This document shows positions 33,901 through 47,169 of a DNA stretch of 64,000 nucleotides, one piece after another. The stretch's first letter is position 1, and each line of letters begins with the position of its first letter. Source of the DNA: Geosiphon pyriformis uo1 (lineage: Eukaryota; Fungi; Glomeromycota); the NCBI GenBank assembly GCA_016748015.1, contig JAAOMT010000275.1:124001-188000 (forward strand), in the 5' to 3' direction. Made by a program: the position numbers and the translations under genes. Below the pieces are notes generated by a model. That model worked only from the letters and a program-made list of their open reading frames with translations. It searched no databases and was not told the origin of the DNA.

Positions 33901-36900
33901 TAACCGATTTTATTTGAAAAATGACTATATGTAATATTAGGAGTATAAACAATTCTGCTAAGCAAGCCAATATTATTTGTTGGCACAAAGACAAAAACAA
34001 TTTAATTTCTATTGTTACTAAGACAAAGCTAAAAGAGAAGGTTTATTTATGAATCATAAACAAGTTTAATAATATGTGAGTGTTTACTTCTGGTTTGGAA
34101 TCTAGTTATTTAAGTTCTGGTATTGCAATTATCATAAATATTAGCTTAATAAGACATGTATACAAGGTTTTAGAAGTTGCTAGTTGCTTTTTCGAAATAA
34201 ATTATTCATTTCAATTCTGAAGCTGTATACTAGTGTAATACTGGCTGTGCATTTATTTTAGGCTGATAAAATCAATTTTTTAATTGTAAAAACTATAAAT
34301 AAATCTTTTTTTGTTATTTTGGATGGTAATTTCAATAAAAATAGCTCTCACAGATATGCTAGTTTTAAGAAGTGTCTTAGTTTGGAGCTGGTTAATTTAT
34401 TGGTTAAAAGTCTGACTGTAAAAGCATCAATTTAGAAAAATTTTAAGGGTGTTATAAAAACAATTGACTATGTGTTTGTTTCTTCAAACTTGATTAATAC
34501 AATAATAGATTGTGGTATTATAAACATTAAAAATTATTTTAACACTAATCATCAAGTCATTTCTGTTTTTGTAAGTCTGGATGGCTTGTTAAATGTACAG
34601 CTTAATCTTCTATACAAGCAAACAAATAAGAATTATTGGAAGTTTAACATTAAAAATGTTGATAAAGTGTAATAGAATAAGTTCAAAAATGTTACAGTAA
34701 CTAATACAATGTTGTCATCTAATGAGTTTGTTACATCTAAGAGGTTCTCAGATCTGAATGTGATGTGAAATATATTTTGCAAAATAGTGTGTTTTTTAGC
34801 CAATGAAAATTATAAAAAAAGATGGTTTAAAAACTTTAATAATGTTTTTATAAAAGATTCTTCCAGGTTTTATAAGTTGAAAATTTTGGTTTCAAAAATT
34901 GTAAAGTCTTTACATATGGGTTCCAATAGTGAGTTTATCTTTTTAATAAGTCACTTGACATCTTTAAACAATAATAAAACTTTGATTATTTAGATTCTAT
35001 TAAATTCAAGTGCTAATTTTGATTATGTAAAGTCTGCTCTCTATAATATAAGAAAAGCATATCATGTTTGTAAACTTACTAAGTCTTTGAAAGCTGAAGA
35101 AATTAATATTAGATCTGCTATCAACAAAAGAATAGAGAGTTTTGGTGTTAATAAAGGCCATATAATCAAAAGTATATTGGAGTATTTCTTTTATAAAGTG
35201 GTATTAAATTATTTGGTTGCTGATAGTGGGTTGATTTTGGATTTTATTAAGGTTAAATTTAAAGTTAACACTATCATAAAAGGCTGGACAAGGAAGAAAA
35301 AAGTGTTGAATAATATTTTCAATCTGTGGTATTGTTAATATCTGCTTCTGATTTATGTTAATAATGCTATATTCTCTAATGTTATAAATATTATTAGCTA
35401 TGATAACTTAATGCATGTAATTAAGAACCTACTTAATAGAAAAGCTATTGGTTTGTTTGATATTACAAATAAACTTTGGAAACATTGTAACAGTTTAATG
35501 CTTATTATGCTTTTGGATCTTTTGAATCTCTGTTTAGTATGTAAATTTGTATCTTAATCTTAAAGAGAAGCTTGGGTGTTAATAATTCCAAAGCCATATA
35601 AATAGAAGAGTGTTTTAACTAATATCAGATCAATAGCATTAATTGAGATTGCTTGAAAAATTTTTTTCAAGCTGTTTTCTAATAGAATCTCTGTAGCCTA
35701 TAATAAATTTGATGTTTTTCATGGTGACAATTTTTCTGTGTTAAAAGATACTACCACCCAGTTTCTTATTTTTACCATTGGTTTGGTGGTTAAAAATGCT
35801 TAGAAAAAGAGCTATAACCTTTGATTAGTTTTACAAGATATGCAGAAGGCTTATAATTTTGTGAATTGGCGTCATCTGAAAAATAATTTGGTCAGGATTA
35901 AAATATGTAAGCAGTTCATTTAATTCTTTAGGAGAATTTATGGTAGTAAAGTTAATTAAGTCATAATTGATTATAATTTGACAAATAGGTACTATGTGCA
36001 CAATGATCTAAACTAAAGTGAAATTTTCTCTTCTCTGCTTTGGAGAATTTTCTACAATTTTCTCTTATATAAAGTCAAGTAACAAAAAAGTTTGTGTGGC
36101 TATTGTATTGATACCAAGTTTGTTGCCAAAACTGGCAAGTTGGAAAGTTAAGATGGACTTACTTTATTTCTAGCAGCTGATGCTTTTGTCAATAACACAA
36201 TTTGGGTTGGGAGTAGTTAAACAGTATTATCAATAGAATTTTAGCTATTAATTAACATAAAATTATTTTTTTAATTCTTATTATTAATTAACATATATTA
36301 ATATTATTTTAAATTATTACTTAATTATTTAATCAAAGTATCAAATATTATTATTTAATTAATAATTCGATTTGTATTATAGAAATTAAGATAATCAAAT
36401 TACACAATATTCTGAACCATTTAACATTCAAAAATTTGTCGAAATTTGCAAAAATTTACCAAAATAATGAATAATTCTTTAAAATAGTTAATAGTTCATT
36501 AAAATAATTTGTAGTTTACCAAAATGTATCTTTAGTTTATTAAAAATTATAGCAAAAAAAAAAGTTCAAGTTCAAAGACTGGTACTACAACAAGTTGTAT
36601 AAAAGAAGAGCTTTTTTTTTTAAGAAAATGTATTTTACTTTAGATATTTTAATTAGAAGCAATTATCTCTTATATATCTTTACAAAAATATAATAAAATA
36701 TAAAATATTTGAAAACCCAAATCTTTAAATTATTATATTTGAATTTTTTGAAACCCAATTAACATTTTGAAATTGATTAGCTACCAATTTTTATAATCTG
36801 TTAATAACTTCAGGCCTGGATAAAAAACAATTCTTTTGATAAAATCCTATTTTTTTTACTTTTTTTTTATTTTTTTTTACTTTTCATTATTATAATTATT

Positions 36901-39458
36901 AAGATAGTCTACAGATAAGATTCCTGTAAAAGAGTTGACTTTTACAGCAAAATAACTACACATTTTAGTAAGCTTTCAGACAAGCAATTTTTGAGAAAAA
37001 GTTGATATTTACTACAACATAATTACACAAAATAACTGGTACAGAATTGGCTATTCTATTTATAAGCCCAGCAATTCAAATTATAAAAGATAATTTGAAG
37101 ATAAATTCAGTTATTGGAGTTCCAACTACTTCCAGAAAACGTGAATTTACAGCCAACAGGCATTAACAACATTCAAAAAAAGAGACCAAAAACCTCTGAT
37201 AACAGTAATCATTTAATATATTCTAGACATTATAGATAGTTTTTTTAAAATCAATGACATTTTTATCAATAATAATAAGACAATAGCCATTTCTATCAAC
37301 CAGAAAATTAAAAATGCTTTATTATTAATTAGTGGGTTGCCAATTTCTATTGCATAAAAAGGGAAGTCTCATTAGTATCTGAGTATTTTTTTGTCTTTTG
37401 AAGATTTGTTTAAATTTAGTTTAGTAAAGACTTATGTGAATGTTAAGTTCTTTTCTAATATGGTTTTGAGAAAGACCATTTCAGATAAACAATTTCTTTA
37501 TTTGGTTTCAATAATGTTGTACTTTATTGTTGATTACAGAACCCAGTTTAGTTTTGTTTTTAAAAATGTGTATGTCAAATAAAATATGCTAGTCAGAAAA
37601 GATTTGAGACTAAAAGCTGGCTTGTTTAGAGATTTTTTTAATAAGACTTTTTATCATTTATCTTTATATGGTTTAAAATTATTTGAACAGATGCAGACAG
37701 AAAGTAAGTCAGCTTCAATATTATGTTTTTTAAATACTTATGAAATTTTTGGTTGTTTATTTGATTATAGGTCTCTGAATTTACAAGTTTTAAGTTGGTT
37801 TTCTGTTTATTTTTTGCAAGTCTCTATAAGATTGAAAATCAGTCTGGTTAACAACTTCTTGACTAATATAATGAAAATTTTCTTGGAATATAATATGACT
37901 TTTAACAACAATCTCTCTTCTGTATTTTGGTTTTTGGGTAGTACTCTAATGTCTTCTGTTTTGAAAGATCCAGTGTTTTATAATGTTTTTAGGTTACTTA
38001 AAAGATTTAGTATTACTTTTGTTAAACAATTATATGATAAAAAAGACTTAGTTTTTAATTGGAAGAGATTTCATTATTAGAAAAGACTCAATCTCAAAAG
38101 CTCTGTTTTTAAGTGGTTCAAATTGGCATGTGAATATTTAATTTGCTCCCCTTATGGTCTTGTTGTTCTGTCTTTTTGTAATAGATTTTTATCTTCAAGT
38201 GTTTTTGGTTTTGGTGGTTTTTTGTTAGTATGACAGTGTTTTTTTGATGTTAATTTGGATGTTATCAATGTTTACATAAATGTTTTTCTGAAAAAATTGG
38301 GTATGTGTAAGATAAAATGTGGTGCAGCTGCATTTTTGCTGACTTAAATCTGAATATTAGTGTTGAAGTTAGTGGTTTGGTCTCTTTAATATTGGCTGAA
38401 TTACAGGCTATTGTTTTTACTTTGGAGTATATTCTAATTAGTAGTTATGTTGTAATGCATTTAAACAGTTAGGCCTTTCTAAATGCATGTATTGCTGAAT
38501 TGAGATTGGCTTTATTAGATTTTTATAATTATTGTTTAATAGAAAGATATAGTATTGTGAACTTTATTAGAAACAGAAGAATTAATGTATCTTGGTTTAA
38601 GATTAAAGATTATTTAAGTATTCTAAGAACTGAATGAGCTAATAAATTGACCAATTTGACTTCATGTTCAAATTTGGCATTCTTTGTTCTTATTAAGAAA
38701 AGATTTATTAAGGCTGATAAGGTGGTGGTATTTAATAATATTCATTATTTTACTTATGATGTTTTTAGGACTGTTCATTAGACTTGTTAAAAAGTTGGGC
38801 CTAAATCTAATGTTATTGGTGCTAATATGGTTGGGAATGTGGATTGGGGTCGGATTTCATTGGTTTGGCATTCTAACTTGCATATGACAACTGGTTTTAT
38901 TAGTAAACTTATAGCTAACTTGCACATATATTTTATAAAGACCTTGTATTATTATTTGCCTATTGCTGTCAGAAAATGATTACATAACAGAATGTATCCT
39001 AGTGTATTATATTTTCATTGCAGAAAAGTGGAACTTTTTAATCATTTATTTATGTGTATAATACACTCTACTCCTTGTATGAACTTAATTAATTCTTACT
39101 TAGCTTAATGAACTTCCTTGTCAGATTTGGATCTATCATTGTTTTAGGTCATGCAGATGCTTTTTACATGTGTTTTTGACTTTGAGGTATATACAGCTTT
39201 GTATAAAGATTTTGTTTTTAAGAACTGGTATTTAAAGACTTTGTTGGTATTCAAATGTGCTAAGATTGCAAACAAAATAGTCGTTAATTTGATAAAAAGT
39301 TTGAAAATTGCTTATCAAACAGAGGTGTAGTTGGTAAAAGCTAAGTTTAAGACAATTTTAGAAAAGAAAAGTTTGATTATATGTGATAATTTGGTGCTTC
39401 CCACTACTCATAAATTTTTATCTTTGCTTTTTGATAGTGTTATTAAATTACTTGGTAT
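33900..39458 (+). pseudogene. LINE 2 ORF2 (APE endonuclease, RT, RNase H)
   Basis: APE motifs (CNIR.IN, SGIAII, ILDGNFN, KTIDYVFVS, TNHQ), RT (LQDMQKAY, AFVNNTIW), RNase H (ILAELQAI); last codons resume at 47170. Confidence 0.8.
36225..37204 (+). mobile_element. Solo LTR of family A (opposite orientation to A)
   Basis: Reverse complement of 4895-5855; TSD ACAG/GTAA; removing it restores the LINE RT frame GSSQAATQYI. Confidence 0.9.
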
Positions 39459-40183
39459 TGTTATGGATTGGAATAACAAGCTAACGGATAGCAAGGAAAA
39501 ATAGGATTGTAGGGTGATAGAAATAATCAAAGGAGAATTCAACTTTAAAGAGCAAATTGAATGAGTATGGATTCAATGTGTAAGATCAGTCTCATAAAAT
39601 ATCTCAGTTGCTATTCTTTTCAAAGATAACTGGAGAATCTGAAAGTAGAAAGATAGTCTGTACTGTCAACAATTGATCACCACTGGTATAATTCTATGCC
39701 TCATATTGGCATTCTTAGAATTTAATATCAGGTATCAACTTGTGCTTTTCAGTCACGTTTATTCAAATAATCTTCAAATGCTACAATTATATATGTCAGG
39801 AAAAGGCCAACAAGTAATCTTTTATCTTTAAAATGTTCAGATACTTGAAGGTAGGAAAAGGGAAATTAGCAATAAGAGAAGGATTGAAATGAAAGTTGTT
39901 ATTTTATTTATTTTTTATTATTCAGATGCTTGTTATTACATGCTTTTCTACAGCTAAAAGATTCATCTCTTATATAGCTGTTAAAAGTGGTCAATAATCA
40001 GATCAATAATCAGGTTATTGATCAGGTTATTGATTAGGTCAATAATTAGATCAATAGTTAGGTCAACAGTTAGGTCATTAATCAGGTCAATGATCACTTT
40101 CTAAAAATAGTGTGGCTAATCATATGACATTAGTGGCTAATACATGTGATAATTAATAAGAAGTATAGGTCTCAACCATAATA
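39459..40183 (-). repeat. Element D 3' LTR (nine 12-bp units at 39989-40096)
   Basis: Direct repeat of 46517-47169. Confidence 0.93.
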
Positions 40184-40809
40184 TCATCCTCTCCAAAGAG
40201 ATTGAGCTCTGGCAAAATCAAGCTATTTATAATGTAATCTATTTGAAAAGTTTTATCTAACTCAAAGCTAACTAATTTATTGAAGTCTTTTGTAGATAGG
40301 ATGTATAATACTTAAGGCAAAATGAGTTTTGTATCTAAGAAACCAAATCTTTGTATTAGAGTTTTGGCTCTTCTAGCAATAGTTAAAACTCTTGGAACAT
40401 CTAATTGTATAATGCCCAAAATTTCTGCCTGTATCTCTGAAGTTGTTTTCTTTATAAGCTTCATGTCATCTATGATTTCACCAAGGTGACTATAGAGCTC
40501 TAGTTGTCTTCCATATGACAAGTTTTTGTCTATGGGTAAGATTTCTTTAATTGTTTTTCCAAGTGTGGTGGAAGGTACAAATATTGCTGCTGTTATACTT
40601 TCTAGCAGATATTTATCTATTTTGCTATCAATTTTTTTTCTTCTGGTAGTTGTTTTCTTTGGTCTAATAACAGTATGTGTTCTATTGTTATCAGTTATGG
40701 TGGTTTGTTTTCCAATGGTCAAAATAGCATTTGGATAGTTTTTAATCCAATACTCATAGAGAGTATAGAAGGCATTTTGAATGTTTTGATCCAGAAAATA
40801 ATTGTTCAT
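40184..40809 (-). pseudogene. Element D accessory ORF3
   Basis: MNNYFLDQNIQNAFYTL..., LELYSHLGE, TIARRAKTLIQRFG; ends DFARAQ..* at the PPT; TATAAATA at 40848-40855. Confidence 0.7.
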
Positions 40810-40850
40810 GTTGATTGAAGATACCTCTGTTTTGGGAATGATGCATTTAT

Positions 40851-43500
40851 TTATACTTGATTTTTGTTAATCATTTGAGTCAATATTATCACAACAAACA
40901 ACCAATCAGGTCGTTTGTAATATTTCTTGAGTCGCATGCTATAAACAGGTCGATCATTAAAGATTGTTCCGGATTGATCTTGAAAAATATAAGAACCATT
41001 GTTCAAAATTTTGTTGATTATAAAGGGTTCTTTCCACCAGCTAGAGAATTTATCACCATAAACATTGTCTTTGTCTGAATGGTATTCTAATACCAAGTCA
41101 CCAATACTTAAAGAAAGTGTTTTATAGGTTTTCTTCTTTTTAAGCTTTTCTTGAAACTGTTTTATCTTTTCAAAAGCAACTATTTGTGCTTCTACCAATG
41201 AGTCAAGAATGGTACCAAGTCTTCTTTGCAAAATGTCTTTGTAATTTGCTATTGTAATCTCTTCAAAAAGTATTGTCTCAATGTCAATTTCTATTGGTAG
41301 TGTTGTTATGGGTCCATAGAGCAGATAAAAAGGTTCATAACTTGTTATGTCATCATTCACAGTTCTATAAACAAACAAAGCTGAAGACAGTACTTTGTCC
41401 CATAAGTTTGTTTCTTCACTTGTTTTGGCTAGAGTTTCACATAGTGTTCTATTAAAACGTTCTATTAGGCCATTTGTTTGGGAGTGATAAGAAGAAAAAA
41501 GTTTGTGACATATTCTCATTTTTCTACAAAGTTTTTTAACCAGTGTACTGAGAAAAGCTTTTTCTCTATCAGATAAAAGTTCTCTGGGACAGCTATAATG
41601 GCAGATAATATCTTCATAAATGAAATTGGCTATTGAAACTGCTATTTGGTCTGAAGTGGCTCTTGCTTTTACCCACTTTGTAAGATAATCAGTAGCTGTA
41701 ATAATGTATCTGTTGCCATCAGGGGTTATTGTTAAGAGTCTAACAACATCTATACCAATTCTGTCAAATGGTTAGCCAACAGAGATTGGATGGATATCTT
41801 CTTTTCTATTGAGTTTTCCTCTTTTTTGGCAGATATCACAGATTTTAATGTACTCAGCAATGTCTTTTCCCAAGGTAGGCCAATAATAGCAAGCTAAAGT
41901 TTTCTGAATTGTTTTTGTTTTTTCAAAGTGTCCAGCTAATAGATCAGTGTACATGTTATAGATCACAATTTCTCTTTCTTCAAATCTTATGACTCTCTGA
42001 GGGCGGTTAGGATCTTTTTTGTTTCTTTTGTATAGTTGGTTCTGGCAGATCAAATAGAAATTTGATTGTTTATGCAAATGTTCTCTTTGCTGTCGATTGT
42101 ATTTTGGTGAGTATTGTCCTTTACCCAAAAATTCTATTAAGGCATAATAGTTGTTCAAGTCCATTATTAAGTTTGGTTGTGAAAGAATTACTAATAATTA
42201 GGTTGGTTTGGTTTGAGATAGTTGTACTGTTACTGGATGGTAAGTCTAAAGAGAGCATTGGTGTTTTGATGATGTGCTTCTTTGTAATGTTGAATGTTAT
42301 AGTCAAATTCGTCCAAGTGGAGTATCCAGCAGGCTATCCGTTTATGTTTTAGTCTTTTCTTGTTGTGCAGCCAAACCAAAACTTGATGATCTGTTACCAC
42401 CAAAAACTTTACACCAAGGAGATATTTATTTCAGTAGCTAGTAGCCCAAACTACTGCTAAGCATTCCTGTTCAGTAACTAAATAGTTCTTTTCTGCTGGT
42501 GTAAGAGTTCTACTGGCATAGGCTATTGCATGTTTCCTGCCATCTTCATCTTTTTGTGAAAGAACAGTACCAAGTCAATAGCCAGATGTATCAGTGTAAA
42601 GGATGAAAGGTTGATCCAGATCAGGTTGCTTGAGAATAGGTTCTGTAACCAATTTTTTTTTAAGGATTTCAAATGCTTTTTGCTGATGTATGTCCCAATG
42701 GTAGTTGACATTTTTTCTGAGTAGCTGATTGAGTGGAGAGGCAATTTTGGAGAAATTCTTAACAAATTTGCAATAATAGGAGACCAAATCAAGGAAAGAA
42801 TGTAACTCATAAACATTCATTAATTGTCTTATGTTCTGAACTTTTTCCACTTTGGCTGGATTAGGAAAGATTCTATCTTTTGTAATAAGATGGCCAAAAA
42901 ATTGGGTGGATTGTCTTCCAAAGAAAGATTTGATTGGATTGATCTTAAGACCTGCATTTCTGAGAAGATCAAAAACTTTTTGCAAATGTTTAAGATGTTC
43001 ATCCCAGGTTTTTGAGTACACCATTATATTGTCCAGATAGACCAGAACAAAGTTTTCTTTCACTGATTCAAATACTTTATCCATTAAGCATTAAAAGGTG
43101 GAAGGAGCATTGGTGAGACCAAAAGGCATGACTGTGAATTCATAGGTGCCATACTTGGTGATAAAGACGGTTTTTTTCTGGCTTTCTGGATCCATCTCTA
43201 CTTGCCAGAATCCAGCAATTAGATTAATAATTGAAAAGAAAGCAGCATCTTTGAATTGGTCTAGTATTGTATCAATCTTGGGAAGTGGGTATATGTCTCT
43301 TTCAGTGATAACATTTAATTGGCAGTAGTCAACACAGAAGTATAGGGTTCTACCTTTCTTGGATACCATTACAACTGGGAAAGCCCATTTACTCTTGGTT
43401 TCTTGTATGAATCCAAGTTCTTTCATCCAGTTTATTTCTTTCTTGATGAACTCATCATTTCAGCAATTAGATTGATAAGACTTCAAATGGATGGGGTGAG
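40851..43500 (-). pseudogene. Element D RT, RNase H and integrase
   Basis: FCVDYCQLN, GFWQV, MPFGLTNAPSTF, VYLDNI, ILYTDTSGY, AGHF..CDIC, QTNGLIERFNRTL. Confidence 0.92.
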
Positions 43501-43537
43501 TTTCTCTGGTGGTGATGATGTGTTGTATCACATGGGT

Positions 43538-46464
43538 TCATCCTGGAGTATCATCTTCTTTTGAGATAACTGGACTGTTTCTTGCTAACAGATTTTCAAT
43601 GTCTATCTTTCTTTCTTCTGGGGAGGGTTCTCTTTGTTTTACTACTAATGATTGGATTTCAGGTGGTTCATTTTCAAAAGACTTCTGTACTTCTTTTAAT
43701 TCATCTCTTGGTATTAGACTAATTGGTTTCCAATCTTTGTAATAGATCAGGCATGATTTACATTCATTACTTGAAGAATACAAAGATTTATTGCACCAGC
43801 ACTGGGCACAAAGTCCATGCCACCAATAACTGTATTTGGCTTTCTTGCCAGGCTTTTGGTCAAAGGTTCTTCTTAGAATATTATAGTAAGGCCAGCAGAT
43901 CAGCTTGCCGTTTACAATAATTCCCTCTCTATTAGCTTTAACATTGTCTAATGGCTTGCCATTGCTGGTAAAAGTAGTGTAGACGAGTTCAGCAGTTTCT
44001 TTTTGTTCTTCTTGTTCATTTTCTTCATCACTTTCTTCATTATCTGATTCCTCTGATTGCTCATCTTCTTGATTTTTTTTGGTTGCTGAAGGAGTTGTCC
44101 AATGGTGACATTTAACCACAATGGGTTTTTTACCACATCTTATGGTTAGCCCACAAAGTTCATAGTTGAGTAAGGCTTTTGCTTTCTTGAGCCACTCATT
44201 GTTAACAATAATGGTGTATTCTTTAGCTTCAGAAACTTCCATGTCAGTTTCAATACTGATGCCATTGATGCAAACAAAAATAGCTTTGGCAATGCCCAGA
44301 CCTTTCTTCTTGTCACCATGTACATTGGTCATTGGTTAGATGGAAGGCTCATCAATTTTTTTGCCAATTGCTTCAAAAAAGTGTTTGGCAATTACACTAA
44401 CAGATGATCCACTGTCTAAGTTCAAGTCAATGAAGTAACCAGCCACTTGTGTTTTGCAAATTAGAGGAGTGACATTGCTGTTGTCAGCAAGTTCAGCTTG
44501 AAGAGAGTGTTTATTGGTCTTTGGTGTTTTCTTCTTGGGGATTAAAGATTTGTGGAGATCTTTTCTGAACTGTGGATGGGTCATTAACTGGCCAAAGGTA
44601 ATGTGTGCTGGGGTTTTCATAAGATTTTTGATAACAGAATAAGATCCAGATTTTTGTACAATTTCTGGGGGTTCCAACTTTGGAGGGTTCTTAAAAACTT
44701 TGGCTTTTGGTGGCTCATTGTTATCAGCAGTGGAAGTTAAGGCTTTGTTAAGATCTAGAACGAAATCAACCTTGGCTTTCTTTTTTTTTCTGGTTGATTC
44801 AGAAGTGTTAATTGCTAATTTATCCATGTCATGGTCATTATCAGTTAAGTTAAAAGTAAAAAAGGGGTTTTCTTCTGGTTGGCTTGCACTCTCACCCTTT
44901 GGAAGTGTGCCTACTAGTTTAAAGGCTGATAAACAGTGGCTTTAACTAGAGGATCCTTTCCAAAGAAATTAATGTTGGCATGGTTAGGTCTTTGATTAAG
45001 AGTATTATTGTTGATGGGTCTATTGTTTTGATTGTTATTATTTCTGGGGACTGGAGGAGATAAAAGAGAATTGTTGCAATCTCTTGAGAAATGTCCAGTT
45101 AATCTACATTTATAACATACAGAAGGACCACAATTTTGCTGTCTTTGATAAGGAGGTTGCTGGGACTGATTAAAACGTATTTCATATCTGGGTCTTTGTG
45201 ATTGTAGGTTATCTCTAACTGCTTGTGCCAAAGGTTCTAATAACTGAGCAAGATTGGCTGTAAGTCTATCAATTAATTGTTCATTTGGATCTTAAGTTTG
45301 GGTAGCAAAAGAAGCAGCAGCCATTTGAGGGGCAGAAGCCATGACAGGAGCAGGAGCAAAAACTAGAAATGTAGATCCCAAATGTATTCTTTGGTTGTCT
45401 TCAATTTGTTGGGCAAGTTCAATGACCATGTCCATTGTAGGATTGTCTTTAAGGACCAAGAGAGACCAAAGAGCATAAGATAAATCAGTTCTCAATTCTT
45501 TTGTGAAGGAATAAATCTTTTGCTCTTCTGTTCAATTTCTTCCAGAGTCTACATGCTTGATTAACTTTCTAATTGCTTTAGTATATTCAGTTACAATTTC
45601 ACCAGGGCCTTGAATTCTTCTTTCTAATTCCATGCACCACTTGGATATCAAGATTAGGATTCTTAATTTGTTTTCAAACCAGGTTGTGAAAGAGGTGTTG
45701 TTTTCTCTGGCATTTGCTGGCATCTATCTAATAATTTTTTGATGGGCATTAGCATTAGTTTCCTGTGAGAACCAGGTAGTAGGAGAGCCTTGGAGGTAGC
45801 CACCAACAATTTGAAATTTGTACTCATTATCGTATTGGTTGGCTGTAGCAGCTCTTTCAAAGTCATCCAACCATTCAATTGGATCTTGTGCATCACCTCT
45901 GAATAATGGTAGTGAAGTGTTGTTTTTTTGCCCCAAGGCAGTTTGTATACCTTGGAGGGCAGCCAGGATGTTTGCTTGCATTGGATCTTGGGCCATTAGT
46001 TCAAGAGTTACTGTTTGTGTGGAGTGCTCTAATTTACTTGAGAAAATATCAAAAATAGGGGCAGTTTGGTAACTTTCTTCTTCTGTTTCAAAGGGGTTTT
46101 CAACTAGTTGGTGAGCAGCAATCCAAATGTGAATTTGGTAATTCAGATATTCGAAATCAGAAAGCTGTTGTTCAAAGGTTGTGGAGTATAAGAGCTGATT
46201 GATGCTGGTATTTCTTTTTTCAAAATTGTCTTCAACATAAGCTTGATCAAAGTAATAGATGGTATAAGCTGTGTAGATTTCAGCTGAATGCTCGTTCAGG
46301 AACCAGTTCCAAAAGTTTTGGAATTGTCTACTGGATTGTTCTTCAACAGAAAAACAGATCAAGCAGGAGAGCAGAGGATTGAGTTTAATAAACTCTAGGT
46401 TGTTTCTGTTGTATACTGCAAAGTGTTCTTCTGATTGTTGTGGCAAGTATAAATAATCACCCAT
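43538..46464 (-). pseudogene. Element D gag, protease and short Cys-rich linker
   Basis: LPLFRGDAQDPIEWLDDF, zinc knuckle CYKCRLTGHFSRDC, protease LDSGSSVSVI, HGLCAQCWC..ECKSC. Confidence 0.88.
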
Positions 46465-46516
46465 ACAATAAGGAAATAAGTGAATTTTGACAACCTTACA
46501 GAGAGCACCACTTTTA

Positions 46517-47169
46517 TGTTATGGGTTGGAGTAACAAGCTAACAGATAGCAAAGGAGAACAGGATTGTAGAATAATAGAAATAATCAAAGAGGAATTCAA
46601 CTTTAAAAAGTGAATTGAATGAGTATAGATTCAATGTACGAGATCAGTCTCATAAAATATCTCAGTCGCTATTCTTTTCAAAGGTAACTCGGGAATCTGA
46701 AGGTAGAGAGATAGTGCATACTGTCAACAATTGATCACCACTGGTATAATTCTATGCTTCATGTTAGTGCTCTTAGAATTCAATATCAGGTATCAACTTG
46801 TGCTTTTCAGTCACGTTTATTCAAATAATCTTTAAATGCTACAATTATATACATCAAAAAAAGGCCAACAAGTAATCTTTTATCTTTAAGATGTTCAGAT
46901 ACTTGAAGGTAGGGAAAGAGAAATTAGTGATAAGAGAAGGATTAAGATAAAAGTTGTTATTTTATTTATTCTTTATTATTCAAATGCTTGTTATTACATG
47001 TTTTTCTACAGCTAAGAGATTCATTGCTTATATAGTTGTCAAAAGTGGTCAATAATTAGGTCAATGATCAGGTCAATGATTACTTTCTAAAAATAGTGTG
47101 GCTAATCATATGACATCAGTGGCTAATACATGTGATAATTAATAAAAAGTATAGGTCTCAATCATAACA
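46517..47169 (-). repeat. Element D 5' LTR (three 12-bp units)
   Basis: TGTTATG...CATAACA; adjacent to PBS. Confidence 0.93.

Larger units (their letters stand above)
39459..47169 (-). mobile_element. Ty3/gypsy LTR retrotransposon D (no dUTPase)
   Basis: LTRs 39459-40183 and 46517-47169; PBS TGGTGCTCTCTGTAAGG at 46494-46510; PPT at 40184-40198; TSD GTAT/GTAT. Confidence 0.94.

Noticed and set aside
39989-40096. CRISPR-like array
   Set aside because: Contiguous 12-bp tandem units without spacers, inside a eukaryotic LTR
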